A stretch of DNA of 64,000 nt from Squalus acanthias (GCA_030390025.1 CM059432.1:55120001-55184000), one strand, 5' to 3'; numbered from the stretch's first letter, positions 1-12,943 are shown. Notes: generated by a model not told the origin, from the letters alone. Numbers and translations: made by a program.

Positions 1-236
1 TGGCACCACAGTACCCAGCCACATTGTGTGAATGGATGTTTACATAGCATGCAAGTAATTTTAGGTGACATTTTGATTTGGTTGTACAACATGCGACAGT
101 TCTGTGCAACATTAGAAGCATTTCTCTGTGGCAAAGTTCAAGCGAAAGCATTATGTACCTGGAAGTTTTAGTATACAAGATGCGAGGTGTAATGCCAGTA
201 TTTCTCATGCTGTATTGCTGATGCTGCTCCATTTTG

Positions 237-1613
237 TACATGGCTTTCTTTGACCTCACAAAGGCCTTCGACACTATCAACCGTGAGGGATTATGGAGTG
301 TCCTCCTCAAATTCGGCTGCCCTCAAAAGTTTGTCACCATCCTCCGCCTGCTTCACGACGACATGCAAGCCGTGATCCTGACCAACGGTTCCACCACAGA
401 CCCAATTCACGTACGAACCGGGGTCAAGCAAGGCTGTGTAATCGCACCAACGCTCTTCTCGATCTTCCTTGCTGCAATGCTCCATCTCACCCTCAGTAAG
501 CTCCCCATTGGAGTGGAGTTAATTTACAGAACAAAACGGGAAACTGTTCAACCTCCGTCGCCTCCAGTCCAGATCCAAGGTCGTCCCATCCTCTGTCGTC
601 GAATTACAGTATGCAGACGACGCTTGCGTCTGCGCTCACTCAGAGGTCGAACTCCAAACCATCGTCAACACCTTCACCGAAGCGTACGAGAGCATGGGCC
701 TTACACTAAACATCCGTAAGACAAAGGTCCTCTACCAACCTGCCCCCGCCACACAGTACTGCCCGCCGATTATCAAAATCCACGACAAGGCCTTGGACAA
801 CGTGGACCACTTTCCATACCTCGGGAGCCTACTGTCAACAAGGGCAGACGTCGACAACGAAGTCCAACACCGCCTTCAGTGTGCCAGTGCAGCCTTCGGT
901 CGCCTGAGGAAGAGAGTGTTTGAAGACCAGGACCTCAAACCTGGCACTAAGCTAATGGTCTACAGAGCAGCAGTGATACCCGCCCTGCTGTATGCCTCAG
1001 AGACATGGACCATGTACAGCAGGCACCTCAAAGCACTGGAGAGGTACCACCAACGCTGCCTCCGCAAGATCCTGCAAATCCATTGGCAGGATAGGCGCAC
1101 CAACGTCAGTGTTCACGCTCAGGCCAACATCCCCAGCATCGAAGCTTTGACCACGCTCGATCAGCTCTGATGGACGGGTCACATTGTCTGCATGCCCGAT
1201 ACGAGACTCCCAAAACAAGCGCTCTACTCGGAGCTCCGGCACGGCAAGAGAGCCCCAGGTGGGCAGAGGAAACGCTTCAAGGACACCCTCAAAGCCTCCT
1301 TGAAAAAGTGTAACATCCCCACCAACACCTGGGAATCCCTGGCCCAAGACCGCACAAAGTGGAGGAGAAGCATCCGGGAAGGCGCCGAACACCTCGAGTC
1401 TCTTCACCGGGAGCAAGCGGAAGCCAAGCGCAGGCAGCGCAAGGAGCGCACGTCAACCCAAGCACCCCACCCACCCGCCCCTTCAACCACCGTCTGCCCC
1501 ACCTGTGACAGAGACTGTAGGTCTCGCATTGGACTCATCAGTCACCTGAGAACTCATTTTTAATGTGGAAGCAAGTCATCCTCGGTTCCGAGGGACTGCC
1601 TAAGAAGAAGAAG
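237..1613 (+). mobile_element. 5'-truncated RTE-clade LINE (RT C-terminal half, C-terminal CxxC..HxxxH motif, 3' UTR, (AAG)n tail)
   Basis: ORFs 234-719, 694-1170 and 1192-1563 join into one RT polyprotein (FFDLTKAFD, GVKQGCVIAPTLF, LQYADD near 605-620, FPYLGS, CPTCDRDCRSRIGLISHLRTH). It is broken by a frameshift near 535 and a TGA at 1168. It ends in TAAGAAGAAGAAG and is flanked by ATTTTG at 231-236 and 1614-1619. Confidence 0.92.
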
Positions 1614-2336
1614 ATTTTGGGGGCACAGTGCTTGTGGCCTGCCTATTTCATTTGAGTTATCAAAAAATGAGTAACTTTACCATGATATTCTTCATCATAC
1701 CTGGGAATTTCTTCCTCATCTTCTCCCACAACCTATGCAGACAGGAGACAGCATTCACTTTATCTGCCACATCCGGCCATGCATGCTGCACAGCAGCTCA
1801 CACAGGAGGGTTCCCCTCAGGCTCAGTATCGCTACTCTCTTCTGCTGTTCCTCTTCCAGCAGAACGTCCAACGTTTCATCGTTGAAGGGGGCAATTCTGC
1901 CCTCAACAACCTTCCAACCAGCCACAGCAAACACTAAGGATTAAATGGATCAATGGTTCTTTGAGCTGCTGCTCTCCTGATTCCCTGCCTCTTTTCATTT
2001 ATGATACAGCCTTGCCATGTAAGAAACACTCAAGGAGCACCTGGTAATTATTTAAATGTAGTCCCCATGCACAAGACCATGCTCAAGCAGCATTGTAGGC
2101 TCCATTTTTACTGGGATCACAGAAACAATCATATAGTGTAAATATTTAACTTTGCTCATTAAGGTGTTGGTTACTTGACATTGTTTTAATGTATTTCTGA
2201 AAATGTTTGAAATATTTTCTCATATAGTACACTTATGAGGTAGAACCAACTATTTATAAATTTTAAGCAAATTCAGAATTCATTTGTGTTCAAAAAGGAA
2301 TTGAGTTTGCATGGAACCTGGCTTAAAGGGAATGAT

Positions 2337-3466
2337 GGCCCGGAATTTGCGGTCAGCGGCAAAGATAGGCGTTCGCCACTGGCCCCGAAGTAAGCTTTGC
2401 ACAAAGATCTCGCAATCTCTGTATCGTGAAGTTCGGGTTTTCCGGCGTGTAATTGAAATCAACGTAGTTTAGTGGGAATCCCATAGTGCGAGCTGCTGTG
2501 ACTTCAATAAGCTGTCTAAGCAGCCAATCAAAACGCAGAATTCTCACAGACAGTGAACCAGTGGGTAAGCTCCTAAAATTCTAAGGGGGAAAAATTCGGT
2601 TGCTTTGCGCCTCCCGTTAGCGAAATTCAGCGGGAGGTTAGCGGAGGCAGTAGCCGGTAGCACCCCGCGGCACGGCACCTCCGGCTATGTTCGACAGGGT
2701 CAGGGGGGCGTTTTTGCGGCCGGGGCAGCGATAATTAAAGGGCAGGTGCCGAGTGGCCATTTTCTTCGGGTCGCCTGCCAGACTGGCCTCCTCCTGCGGG
2801 GTGCCGGCCGCGATCGGGCAGCCTGGCACTCCTCTTGAATGCCGGGCTCTTTCGCCGGCACCCCGCTCCCCCATGGTCCTGCAGGGCCCCGGTGCGCACT
2901 GCGCTAGGCCCCTCCCCCTTAATCCCTTAACTTAAAAAAAATATAAGAGTGAGCAAAACAAAGATTGGGGCTCTCACATGGGGAAAAGGCAAACCGATAA
3001 ATTAAAGATGAACAAACTTTAAAAAAAATATATTAAAAAAAAATTCTTAAAAATTAATTTTTTAATTAAAATGGATAAATTTGATACTGCACAAAATTAA
3101 AATTAGTTTTTCAGGGCCATAACCTTTGTTTAGTAGTCAATATGCTGTTAAAACCCCAGTTACACCTAATCCAAAAGGGTCTAACTTTTAATGAAAAATT
3201 TAACAGCGGTATTACCGCAGAAGAGCCGAAGTTTTTGTGGTTTCCATGATTTGAGAGATTACACTGATTGCTGGTTCTTTGGTGGGGGGGGGGGGGGGGG
3301 AGGGCACAGTGCAGCCTGTGGAGGAGCAGTGAGTGACAGACCGAAACTTCAGGATTTCCGCATTAGGCTACGCATGCATTATATCCTGAAGTTGCGATCA
3401 GTTTCAAAGGTGAAATGATGGTGAACGCTGCCAGTTCACCGTCATCAGGACCACAAATTCCAGACT
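2337..3466. mobile_element. Non-autonomous Harbinger-type MITE, family M1, copy 1
   Basis: Termini GGCCCGGAATTTGCGGTC / GACCACAAATTCCAGACT; GAT on both sides (2334-2336, 3467-3469); colinear with the copy at 31867-32764. Confidence 0.85.
2585..2927. mobile_element. Harbinger-type MITE nested in M1 copy 1
   Basis: TAA at 2582-2584 and 2928-2930; the matching site in M1 copy 2 is empty (TTC-TAA-CTT near 32101). Its left end GGGGGAAAAATTCGGTTGCTTTGCGCCTCCCGTTAGCG is the reverse complement of the right end of the 33232-34076 element. Confidence 0.85.
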
Positions 3467-5110
3467 GATGTATCTTTTTTGTTTTCAAATTATATTTTTG
3501 GTAGCTATTGGAGAAGCTAAAACCATTTGTTCGGTTCATTTCCCTCCAGTATTTTCCACCATATCTGAAACACTGCCACATGTTCCCTTGAAGCACTGCC
3601 CTATATTCTCTAAGCAAATTGGTACTTCATGTGAGAGGACTCTGTTACTCCTGCTGGGGAGTCAAACAGAAAGGATACTAGTCCCAATAATATATTGTTT
3701 GTGGGCCAGACAAAGTGATGCTCTTGGATATATTGCCTCCAAATGAAAGCAACCTACTGTACAGTTACTAAACCACGAGGAGATATTTCAGAATGCAGCG
3801 CATTTTGACCTTTCTCATTTATATTAGAAGGTTTTTAATTAAGAACTAGACTTAAAATTATAAGCAATTAAAGTCTTTTCATGAAAGCATTTTTGACAGA
3901 TGGACAGTACAATTACTGAAAACTTATGTCATAACAAAGCAGCCTGCATTGTACAACGAGGTAGAGGGAATTTAACTAGTGGCACAATTGATGCCAGTAT
4001 GAATGCACACTACAAACTATTACATAATAGTAGCCGAAATTCAACAATGTCATTTGTTGGCTGGAGTTTACTGAGTGACTGTTAGAGTGATTGACGTTCA
4101 CCGCAATGCGATTAATTGATCCATTATGAAACTACATATGTAAACTGTAAGACGCAGGCAGACCACATTGTCACTGCAGTGCCAACCTCGACCATTCATT
4201 CAGTGTATGGACTGAAGGGAATAATCCTCCAATATATATTTGGAAACAAGTATAAACGCAAGTAATTTGATCATAGTACATCGGCGAAAAACCATCAGTC
4301 AGCTGTCTTTGTATCGCAAATCTGCTGGTATTAGGAGGGGCTCAGACCTGGATACCAGTAAATCTCAGCAAACAATGAGAAAGTGTTATTCCCACTCTAG
4401 ATCATACATTATCTACTTGGGTGAAATCATTGGCAGAAGTTGGGTGAAGCACAATCCGTGCCGGCCCAACGTGAACTGGCTCATCCTAATTCAAATATTT
4501 GGGGCAAGCTCCAGGCGTCAAGAATGCTCTGATCCAGAGCCCAGCTGTTGGGGGGCAGGAATTGGAGAGATGTTGCAGGATCTGAAGGCCTGCAGCATAA
4601 GGGGCTAGGTAGCCACAAAGGGAGATTTCCAGCAGAGCAGAAAGTTTTGTTTAAAAAGAATGTCTGGCAGGAGGGCAGTGAGCCCTCAGGTTCTCTAGTG
4701 CAGCTGTGCAAGTGCTGCTGGAGCAGGTCAAGCAGAGGGGAAGCTCCTATTTGTCTCCCAAGAAGAGCAGCACACAGGCAGTGAAGGAGGTGGCATTCAG
4801 TGCGAATACAACCAACCCGTACAGTGGTAAGAAGCACTTGGCACACACAATATGGGTTTTCATCAAAATTTTGGGTGCATTAAAATTGTGGGTGCAGACA
4901 AAGGCCGGAATTTTCTGGGGTCTGTGCGGGTGCGATCGGAGGCGGGTCAGGTGGGAAATTTGAAAAAAGTCGGAGTGGGTCGGGAACCCGCCGTCATCCC
5001 GCCCCCACGTGCCTTTCCTATGGTGCGTTTGATGGTGCGGCAGTGACCTCTCTCACCATTGACAGATTGCTTCTGTCATCTCTGCTTGACCTGCCATCTA
5101 TTCCATCAGC

Positions 5111-5470
5111 ATGGGTGCTGTTTATACTGTTTCACCTTGGTCCACAGAATCTGACCACAATGAGCCCGAACACCAGAAGCACCAGGCACACCAACAGCAA
5201 CACCACCAACCTTCTCCTCAACGCCCTGATGCTCCACACGACAGAGGGCATCAGCGCAGGGCTGCACCGCGCCGCAGTCAATACCCCCAACACAGGGTAT
5301 TCAGGCAGAGGATTAGCTTCCTCAACATGACTGAGCAGCAGTGCCAGAGGAGCCTTAGGCTATCACGCCAGGTCGTCACAGAGAAGCGGGTGGACACGCC
5401 ATACCAGTGGCTGTCAAAGTCATCAGCACCCTCAACTTCTTCGCCTCAGGCTCCTTCCAGGGATCTGCAG
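5111..5470 (+). pseudogene. N-terminal remnant of a Harbinger (HARBI1-like) transposase
   Basis: YPQHRVFRQRISFLNMTEQQCQRSLRLSRQVV, then in a shifted frame VAVKVISTLNFFASGSFQG. Confidence 0.8.
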
Positions 5471-5476
5471 AAGACG

Positions 5477-7125
5477 GATCCACAATCAACGGATCAGATC
5501 AAAGCTCTGCAGTCCTGCCACATCCAGTCGTGAATGGTGGTGGACCATTAAACAACTAGCGGGAGGAGGAGGCTCCATGAATATCCCCATCCTCAATGAT
5601 GGTGGAGCCCAACACGTGAGTGCAAAAGACAAGGCTGAAGTGTTTGCAACCATCTCCAGCCAGAAGTGCTGATTGGATGATCCATATCAGCCTCCTCCTG
5701 AGGTCCCCACCATCATGGATGCCAGTCTTCAGCCAATCCGATTCACTCCACATGATATCAAGAAATGGCTGAGCGCACTGGATACAGCAAAGGCTATGGG
5801 CCCCGACAACATCCCGGCTGTCGTGCTGAAGACTTGTACTCCAGAACTAGCTGTGCCTCTAGCCAAGCTGTTCCTGTACAGCTACAACACTGACATCTAT
5901 CCGATAATGTGGAAAACTGCCCAGGTATGTCCTGTCCGCAAAAAGCAGGACAAATCCAATCCAGCCAATTACCACCCCATCAGTCTACTCTCAATCATCA
6001 GCAAAGTGATGGAAGGTATCATCGACGGTGTTATCAAGCGGCACTTACTCACCAATAACCTGCTCACCGATGCCCAGTTTGGGTTCCGCCAAGACCACTC
6101 AGCTCCCGACCTCATTACAGCCTTGGTCCAAACATGGACAAAGGAGCTAAATTCCAGAAATGAGGTGAGAGTGACTGCCCTTGACATCAAGGCAGCATTT
6201 GACCGAGTGTGGCATCAAGGAGCCCTAGTAAAACTGAAGTCAATGGGAATCGGGGGGAAAACTCTCCACTGGCTGGAGTCATACCTAGCACAAAGGAAGA
6301 TGGTTGTGGTGGTTGGAGGTCAATCATCACAGCCCCAGGACATCACTGCAGGAGTTCCTCAGGGCAGTGTCCTAGGCCCAACCATCTTCAGCTGCTTCAT
6401 CAATGACCTTCCCTCCAACATAAGGTCAGAAATGGGGATGTTTGCTGATGGCTGCACAGTGTTCAATGCCATTCACAACTCCTCAGATAATGAAGCAGTC
6501 CATCCATGCCCGCATGCAACAAGACCTGGACGATGTTCAGGCTTGGGCTGATAAGTGGCAGGTAACATTCGTGCCACACAAGTGCCAGGCAATGACTATC
6601 TCCAACAAACGTGAGTCTAACCACCTCCCCTTGACATTCAATGGTATTACCATCGCCGAATCCCCCACCATCAACATCCTGGGGGTCACCATTGACCCGA
6701 AACTCAACTCAACCAGCCACATAAATACTGTGGCAACAAGAGCAGGTCAGAGGCTAGGTATTCTGCGGCGAGTGTCTCACCTCCTGACTCCCGAAAGCCC
6801 TTTCCATCATCTACAAGGCACAAGTAAGGAGTGTGATGGAATACTCTCCACTTGCCTGGATGAGTGCAGCTCCAACAACACTCAAGAAGCTCAACACCAT
6901 CCAGGATAAAGCAGCCTGCTTGGTTGGTACCCCATCCACCACCTTAAACATTCACTCCCTCCACCACCGGCTTACCGTGGCTGCAGTGTGTACCATCTAC
7001 AAGATGCACTGCAGCAACTCACCAAGGCTTCTTCGGCAGCACCTCCCAAACCCGCGACCTCTACCACCTAGAAAGACAAGGACAACAGGCGCATGGGAAC
7101 ACCACCACCTCCAACTTCCCCTCCA
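5477..7125 (+). mobile_element. LINE family B (CR1-group/jockey-like RT), internal fragment
   Basis: ORF 5673-6551 has YHPISLLSIISKVME, QFGFR, LDIKAAFDRVWH, GVPQGSVLGP and FADG. Downstream frames give WADKWQV and MEYSPLAW. Confidence 0.9.
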
Positions 7126-7129
7126 CTGC

Positions 7130-8268
7130 TGTCCCTGTCTCCACCATCTGTTCTTGCTCACTTGTGACCTATGACGGACCCAGTGACAACGTTACTCTAT
7201 CTTACAAGGGATCCAATGAGGTGTGCGTCTCTGCACTGGTGTTGGGTGCGCTTCTGTCTGGTGACGGTTCGCCCTCAGAGGCTGGAGACTCTTCTGAGGC
7301 GTTGTCTTCCTCTTGCTCCTGGACAGTGGGGGGGGCGGTGGGGGGGGGGGGGGGGCGGTGCTCTTGATGGATCTGTGGGAGAGTAAAGAGATGATTTAGA
7401 AATGTCATAAGTAGATTGGGTACAGATACCATTATGCACATGATGTCCATTCAATGGCTGCTGACATCAGTCTCCATATGAGTGACAGTTGTATGCCATG
7501 TAGCTGTATGATATGTAATTCTGTCACCAGGTTGCTGAGATGTCCCCCTCTCTCCGTCTCCCACTTCCAGGTGCTCGGCGACTCCCGACAGCTCTAATAC
7601 AGTCTCCTCTGCTGTTGTGAGGGTAGCCATTGATGGGGTTCCACTTCCAGTTCTCTCCCTCTCCTCTTATTGTGGGCTCTCTTTTCCTGCAAGGAGGGAA
7701 AGAAGAGAAGGTTGAGTGAGAGTGATGGAATGAGTGTAAGGAATGGATGGGTTACATCTTTAGAGGGTGACTATGATGGAGTGGGGTGGCAATGCCAAGT
7801 GGCCTCCTTGTGTGTTGTTAGTTGGTATGATTGCACTAAGATGAGGGTGAGTGTGAGGGGTGGCTAGTAAGATGGGGATGTGATAATGTAGATAGAGAGA
7901 GAGGGATGGGTGGAGGTGTAAGGTGTATTGGTGTGAGTAAGGATGTGCAGGAGTAGGGTTGGGAAGGCAGAGTGATGGAGATGTGATGAGAGGCACAGCA
8001 GGCTGAAGGTGAGTGTGGCTTTGGGCTCACCTTTCCTGATGTAACAGGATCATTGAAACGTTTGCGGCACTGCACCCAGGTCCTCCTGACGACTTCCCTG
8101 CTATTGACCTCCTCTGCAATTTGGAGCCATGCTGTCTTGTTCTGCTGGGGAGGTCTCTTCCAGTCACCAGCAGGGAAGGGGACCTCCCTGCGTGCTCTGA
8201 CTCCCTCCACAAGCATATGGAGGGAGTCATCGGAGAACGTGGGCGCAGTCCGCTGCCTCTGTGCAGTC
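7130..8268 (-). pseudogene. Harbinger Myb/SANT-like DNA-binding protein gene remnant
   Basis: MTAQRQRTAPTFSDDSLHMLVEGVRARREV..AWLQIAEEVNSREVVRRTWVQCRKRFND, followed by a GTGAG donor near 8030; exon 2-like segment near 7540-7690; acidic exon 3-like segment near 7200-7370. Confidence 0.8.
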
Positions 8269-9020
8269 ATCTTTGCTGTTCTAGGCAGCAGTGGAATTGT
8301 GCAGTACCCTGACTGCACTATCTTAGATAAACCTTCAAATGCAATGTGGCCATGGCTCCTTTAAATACCCCGGCTGAAAACGCGTCTTCGATGACGTCAC
8401 CAGACCCGCACCATTTAATTGGGCCGGATAACGCGCAGGGCGGGCCTAATAGGCCCTATTAACATAAAGTCATTCTGTGGATCCACCATGGCGGCTGACC
8501 GCACTGGACCCGCCCAGGTAGGGAAAATTCCGGCCAATGTTCTTGAAAAGTATTCTATTGTGGGATTTTTGACCATTTTTCCACAGAAGAGATTTGGAGA
8601 AAAAAAACTTATATTTAACAGTTCTATTTTAAAGCAGTTAAAAATAAAACACTGAGACATAAGGTGGTTAAAATGTTAATAAGCTGGGTTTTGAAGATGT
8701 TTTCCCAAAGATTGTAAACAATAAGTATGTTTTTAGTCCATTGGCAATCAATAAACACTTCACACCTATTGTGTTCAGAGAGCCCTGGTTTTGTGCACTC
8801 ATCTGGACTTTTCTGGCATATGAACACAGGGAAATTAAAAATACAGATAGAGACAGATTGCTGTTCAATAAAGCAGCTTAACAACTCACCAGGTATTTTT
8901 TCAGTCCACGTCCAGAAAGATTGTCGAGGCACGTGCAAAAGACACAACTATTTAGTTCCGATGACAAAAAGATTGTTACACCCTGTGTTATGTTCTTTTA
9001 TAAGTGGACATTCGTCAGTG

Positions 9021-9035
9021 TGAGTCACTTCCGGT
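9021..9035 (-). promoter_or_regulatory. Candidate ETS/AP-1 composite site ACCGGAAGTGACTCA
   Basis: The plus strand reads TGAGTCACTTCCGGT: a perfect AP-1 heptamer overlapping a perfect ETS core. Motif match only. Confidence 0.3.
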
Positions 9036-10469
9036 ACGTAAGAGATGGTGGATCTAGTTAAGGGAGTAACTGACCATTGAAATGCCTGATTTGCATGTGC
9101 CGCTGGCTGTCGGCACATTGAAGGGCGCTAAAGTGGGCGGAGATCACATGTGATGGATCTCCATCCATTTTGTGCTGCTGTCTGCCTAATTAGCATCGCA
9201 AATTCAGATGACAGCCAGCAGAAGATCTCGGCTTAGGAGTCTTATCACTTTGACTTTGCCCTCATCTACCAGACTCAGCAGGCTGTCATGTTTTTATATG
9301 CATTAGGGATGGGGGGACGGGAATCTTCTCAGTATGTGCCCGTGATTATCCGATAGGCGCAGGAAGCAGCCAAAGCTCCCTGCTGCCAGCACATAGTGGA
9401 AAATTTAGGCCATATTCATCAATTTTACAGCTTATGGATCTTTTTTTATTTGGACTACAGTCCTCATACCACTGCCGTATGTTAGAACAGTTAAGAAAAT
9501 ATGTAAGACATTTGTTTCATAAGCTCCCCAGGGATCCACAAACAGAACCTACGGTTATAGCTATTTGGTCCCAATTCACAATTTTTCTATCCTCTGAGTA
9601 TTTGGGACCACCTACAAGTAACTGAAGCCCAGCCAATAACATTCCTATTGCTGTTGGAACTACTGTTTATTAAGTAATCATTAGCGATAAGCTCCCTGTC
9701 CTGAACATGGTCATTCAGTGCAGTAAGTTATTGTCCTACACTATGTCTGCAGTATTCAGTATATTCTGTAGTTATTCCCTATGACAGCATTCTTAAATAA
9801 ACCTTAACAGTAATTAATGGAGCCGTAGAATAAGAATAATATTAAAATACGAAATGCTTGTATTTATATAGCACTTTATTATCAAAACATCTCCAAGCGC
9901 TTCACACAATTAATTGGTTTTAGAGTGCAGCAACTGTTGCTGTGTAACCATGGTGCATCAATTAATTGCAGTTCATTTAAGGGGCACAGCAATGCAAAGG
10001 TAAAGTGGTTTTAAGGCATTTCTGTGCTATTTTGGATCTTTTTATTTGAGTCTTTCCTGCTAGCAGTTAATCTTTTGTGAACCTTTTTGTCGCTTGTTCT
10101 AAGTTATTTTTTTCCCCAGCACCAATACTGTCACTAATAGGTTTCCCAATGGAATCCCCCTATTTGACACGTTTAGAAGAAGAAACGACTGACAGAAAGA
10201 TGCCAGGCAAATCAGTCTGCATGAGATGTGCTCTGTGCCTACCCACCTGTACCTGCACATCCACATCTGAAGACAGAGGTGAAATGACCTTGCTTTGTAA
10301 TACTTAGTGCTGGTGCAGGTTCATCTTCCCAAAGGAAACTACAACAGCAGACCCCAGGATGCCACCAACCATTTCTCTAGGACCTGGCATACCTACCTGT
10401 CAATGACTGTCTTCTCATGGTCTGAATCATCGGAAAGAAAGATGTAGAGCTATGCCAACTGCTGCTGTA

Positions 10470-10700
10470 GGGTACAGTAGTGTAGTGGCTATGGACTAGC
10501 AACCCAGAGGTCCAATTCCCATCATAGCAAGTTGTGAAATTGAATTTCATAACTCTGGTAATTTATAGACTAGCACTAGGGAAAAATATCATCAAAGTTG
10601 TTGGATTATCATTAATCTCCTTTCGGGAAAGAAACCTGGCATCCCTATCCTGTCTGGCCTACACATGACTCCAGTCCAATCCTATGGCCACGAGCAACAG
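10470..10700 (+). mobile_element. Degenerate tRNA-head SINE
   Basis: A-box-like CAGTAGTGTAGTGG..TGGACTAG..CCAGAGG head and a body ending CTGGCCTACACATGACTCCAG; recognised as a common shark SINE body. Confidence 0.5.
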
Positions 10701-10754
10701 CAGAATTGTATATCACCACAGTCTGTAACCTATTGGTTTGCCACAGCTCTCACT

Positions 10755-11085
10755 TCTCCATCACTATCAAGCTGGGAGACCAACCCTGGTTCAATGGTGA
10801 GTGTAGAAAGGAATGCCAGGAGCATACCTTAGAATGATGCACCATGCTAGTGAAGCTACAGCACAGAGCTACCTGCATGCTAAGTGCCAAAAGCAGCAGG
10901 CTATAAACAGAGCTAAGCATACCTGACACAAAAGAAGATGGCCCTAGTTGTTGAAAGTCATATGGTCATGAGTTGTGCTGTCCACTGATGCTTCCACAGT
11001 GTTCAGATCCATGCACAACTCTTCCAGTACTGAAGCAGCCGATTGCCAGTCTACAGCAGGACTTGAGCAATATCCATGAGGCCAT
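10755..11085 (+). mobile_element. Old, internally deleted LINE family B relic
   Basis: ITIKLGDQPWFNGECR-like segment; GTTGTTGAAAGTCA and CAGCAGGACTTGAGCAATATCCA resemble the family B RT region. Confidence 0.5.
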
Positions 11086-11139
11086 GGAGGACAATAATTT
11101 TGAATTCAACTCGCTAGAACTTGTTGTCAGACAAGCAAC

Positions 11140-12918
11140 TGGACATGTAAATAGTAAAAGGGTCGTCAAAGGAAGGGTGGGGCTGATTCAGGACAAAAAA
11201 GGAGATCCTGTGGAGGCAGAGAGCATGGTTGAGGTACTAAATGAGTACTTTATTTCTGTCTTCACTAAGTTAAGAGGATGCTGCCAATGTAGCAGTAAAG
11301 GATGAAGTAGTAGCAATATTGTATAGGATAAAAATAAATAAAGAGGAGATTCTTAAAAGGTTGGCAGTACTCAAAGTAGAAAAGTCACCTAGTCCGGATG
11401 GCACACATCCTAGGTTGCTGAGGGAAGTAAGGGTGCAAATTGCGGAGGCTCTGGCCACAATCATCTGGTGCCAGAGGACTGGAGGGTTGAAAATGTTACA
11501 TCCCGGTTCAAAAAAGGGGAGAGGGATAAACCCAACAACTACAGGCCAATCAGCCTAACGTCGGTGGTGGGTGAACTTTTAGAGACAATAATCCGGGACA
11601 AAATGAATTGGCACTTAGAAAAGTATGAGCTAATTGATGAAAGTCAACATGGATTTGTTAAAGGCAAATTTTGTTTGACTAACTTGAGTGAGTTCTTTGA
11701 TGAAGTAACAGAGAGGATTGATGAGGGTAGTGCGGTTGATATGTATATGTACATGGACTTTCAAAAGGCGTTTCACAAGTACAGTACTACAAAATAGACT
11801 TGTAAGCAGAATTAAAGTCCATGGAATTAAAGGGTTGAGGCAGCGTGGATATTAAATTGACTAAGGGACAGAAAGCAGAGAGTCGTGGTGAACACTTGTT
11901 TTTTTCAGACTTGAGGGAAGTGGTGTTCCCTATGGGTTGGTATTACGACCACTGCTCTTTTTGATATATATTAATGACCTGGAATTGGGTATACAGGGCA
12001 TAATTTCAAAGTTTGCAGATGACATGAAACAGAAATGTAGTAAACAATGAGGAGGTTAGTAACAGACATCTAAACGACATAGACTGGTGATATTGGCAGA
12101 CACATGGCAGATGAAATTTAATGCAGAGAAGTGTAAAGTGAGACATTGTGGTACGAAGAATGAGGAGAGGCTAAATGGTACATAAACTAAATGTTACAAT
12201 TTTAAAGGGGGTGCAGGAACAGAGAGACTTGGGGGTGTATGTACACAAATCTTTGAAGGTGGCAAGACAAGTGGAAAAGGCCAGTAAAAATGCATATGGG
12301 ATTCTTGGCTTTTTCAATAAAGGCATAGAGTACAAAAGCAAGTTATGCTAAACCTTTATAAAACACTGGTTAGGCCTCAGCTGGAGTATGTGGCCAAATC
12401 TGGGCACCACACTATAGAAAGGATTTCAAGGCGTTAGAGAAGGTGAAGACAAAATTTATTAGAATGGTACCAGGGATGCGGGACCTCAGTTATGTGGAGA
12501 GACTGGAGAAGCTGGGGTTGATCTCCTCAGAGCAGAGAAGGTTAAGAGGAGATTTGATAGAGGTGTTCAAAATCATGAATGGTTTTGATACTGTAAATAA
12601 GGAGAAACTGTTTCCAGTGGCAGAGGGCCGGTAACCAGAGGGGACAGATTTAAGGTGATAGGCAAACGAACCAGAGTCGACATGAGGAAAAAAAATTACA
12701 CAGTGAGTTGTTGTGATCTGGAATGCACTGCCTGAAAGGGTGGTGGAACCAGATCCAATAGTAACTTTCAAAAGGGAATTGGATAAATACTTGAAGGGAA
12801 AATATTTTACAGGGTTCTGAGGACAGAGCCAGAGAGTAGGGCTAATTGGATAGCTCTTTCAAAGAGCCAGCACAGGCGTGATGTGCCAAATGGCCTTCTG
12901 TGCTATATGATTCTATGA
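11140..12918 (+). mobile_element. CR1/HER1-type LINE, 5'-truncated
   Basis: KSPSPDGTHPRLL, PEDWRVENV..NYRPISLTSVVG..SQHGFVKG..DFQKAF, KFADD near 12010, RRLRGDLIEVFKI; 3' end ..CTATATGATTCTATGA. Confidence 0.92.
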
Positions 12919-12943
12919 ACAGTGTAGCAATAACCTTTGAATT

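Larger units (their letters stand above)
4903..8535. mobile_element. Decayed PIF/Harbinger transposon (transposase +, Myb/SANT gene -), with its centre replaced by a LINE
   Basis: Perfect 13-bp TIR GGCCGGAATTTTC at both ends; flanks AAA / AAT; convergent gene remnants inside. Confidence 0.85.

Noticed and set aside
3283..3305. Poly-G tracts (also 7327-7355) as functional G-quadruplexes
   Set aside because: Simple homopolymer expansions inside transposon relics; shorter at the matching site in M1 copy 2.
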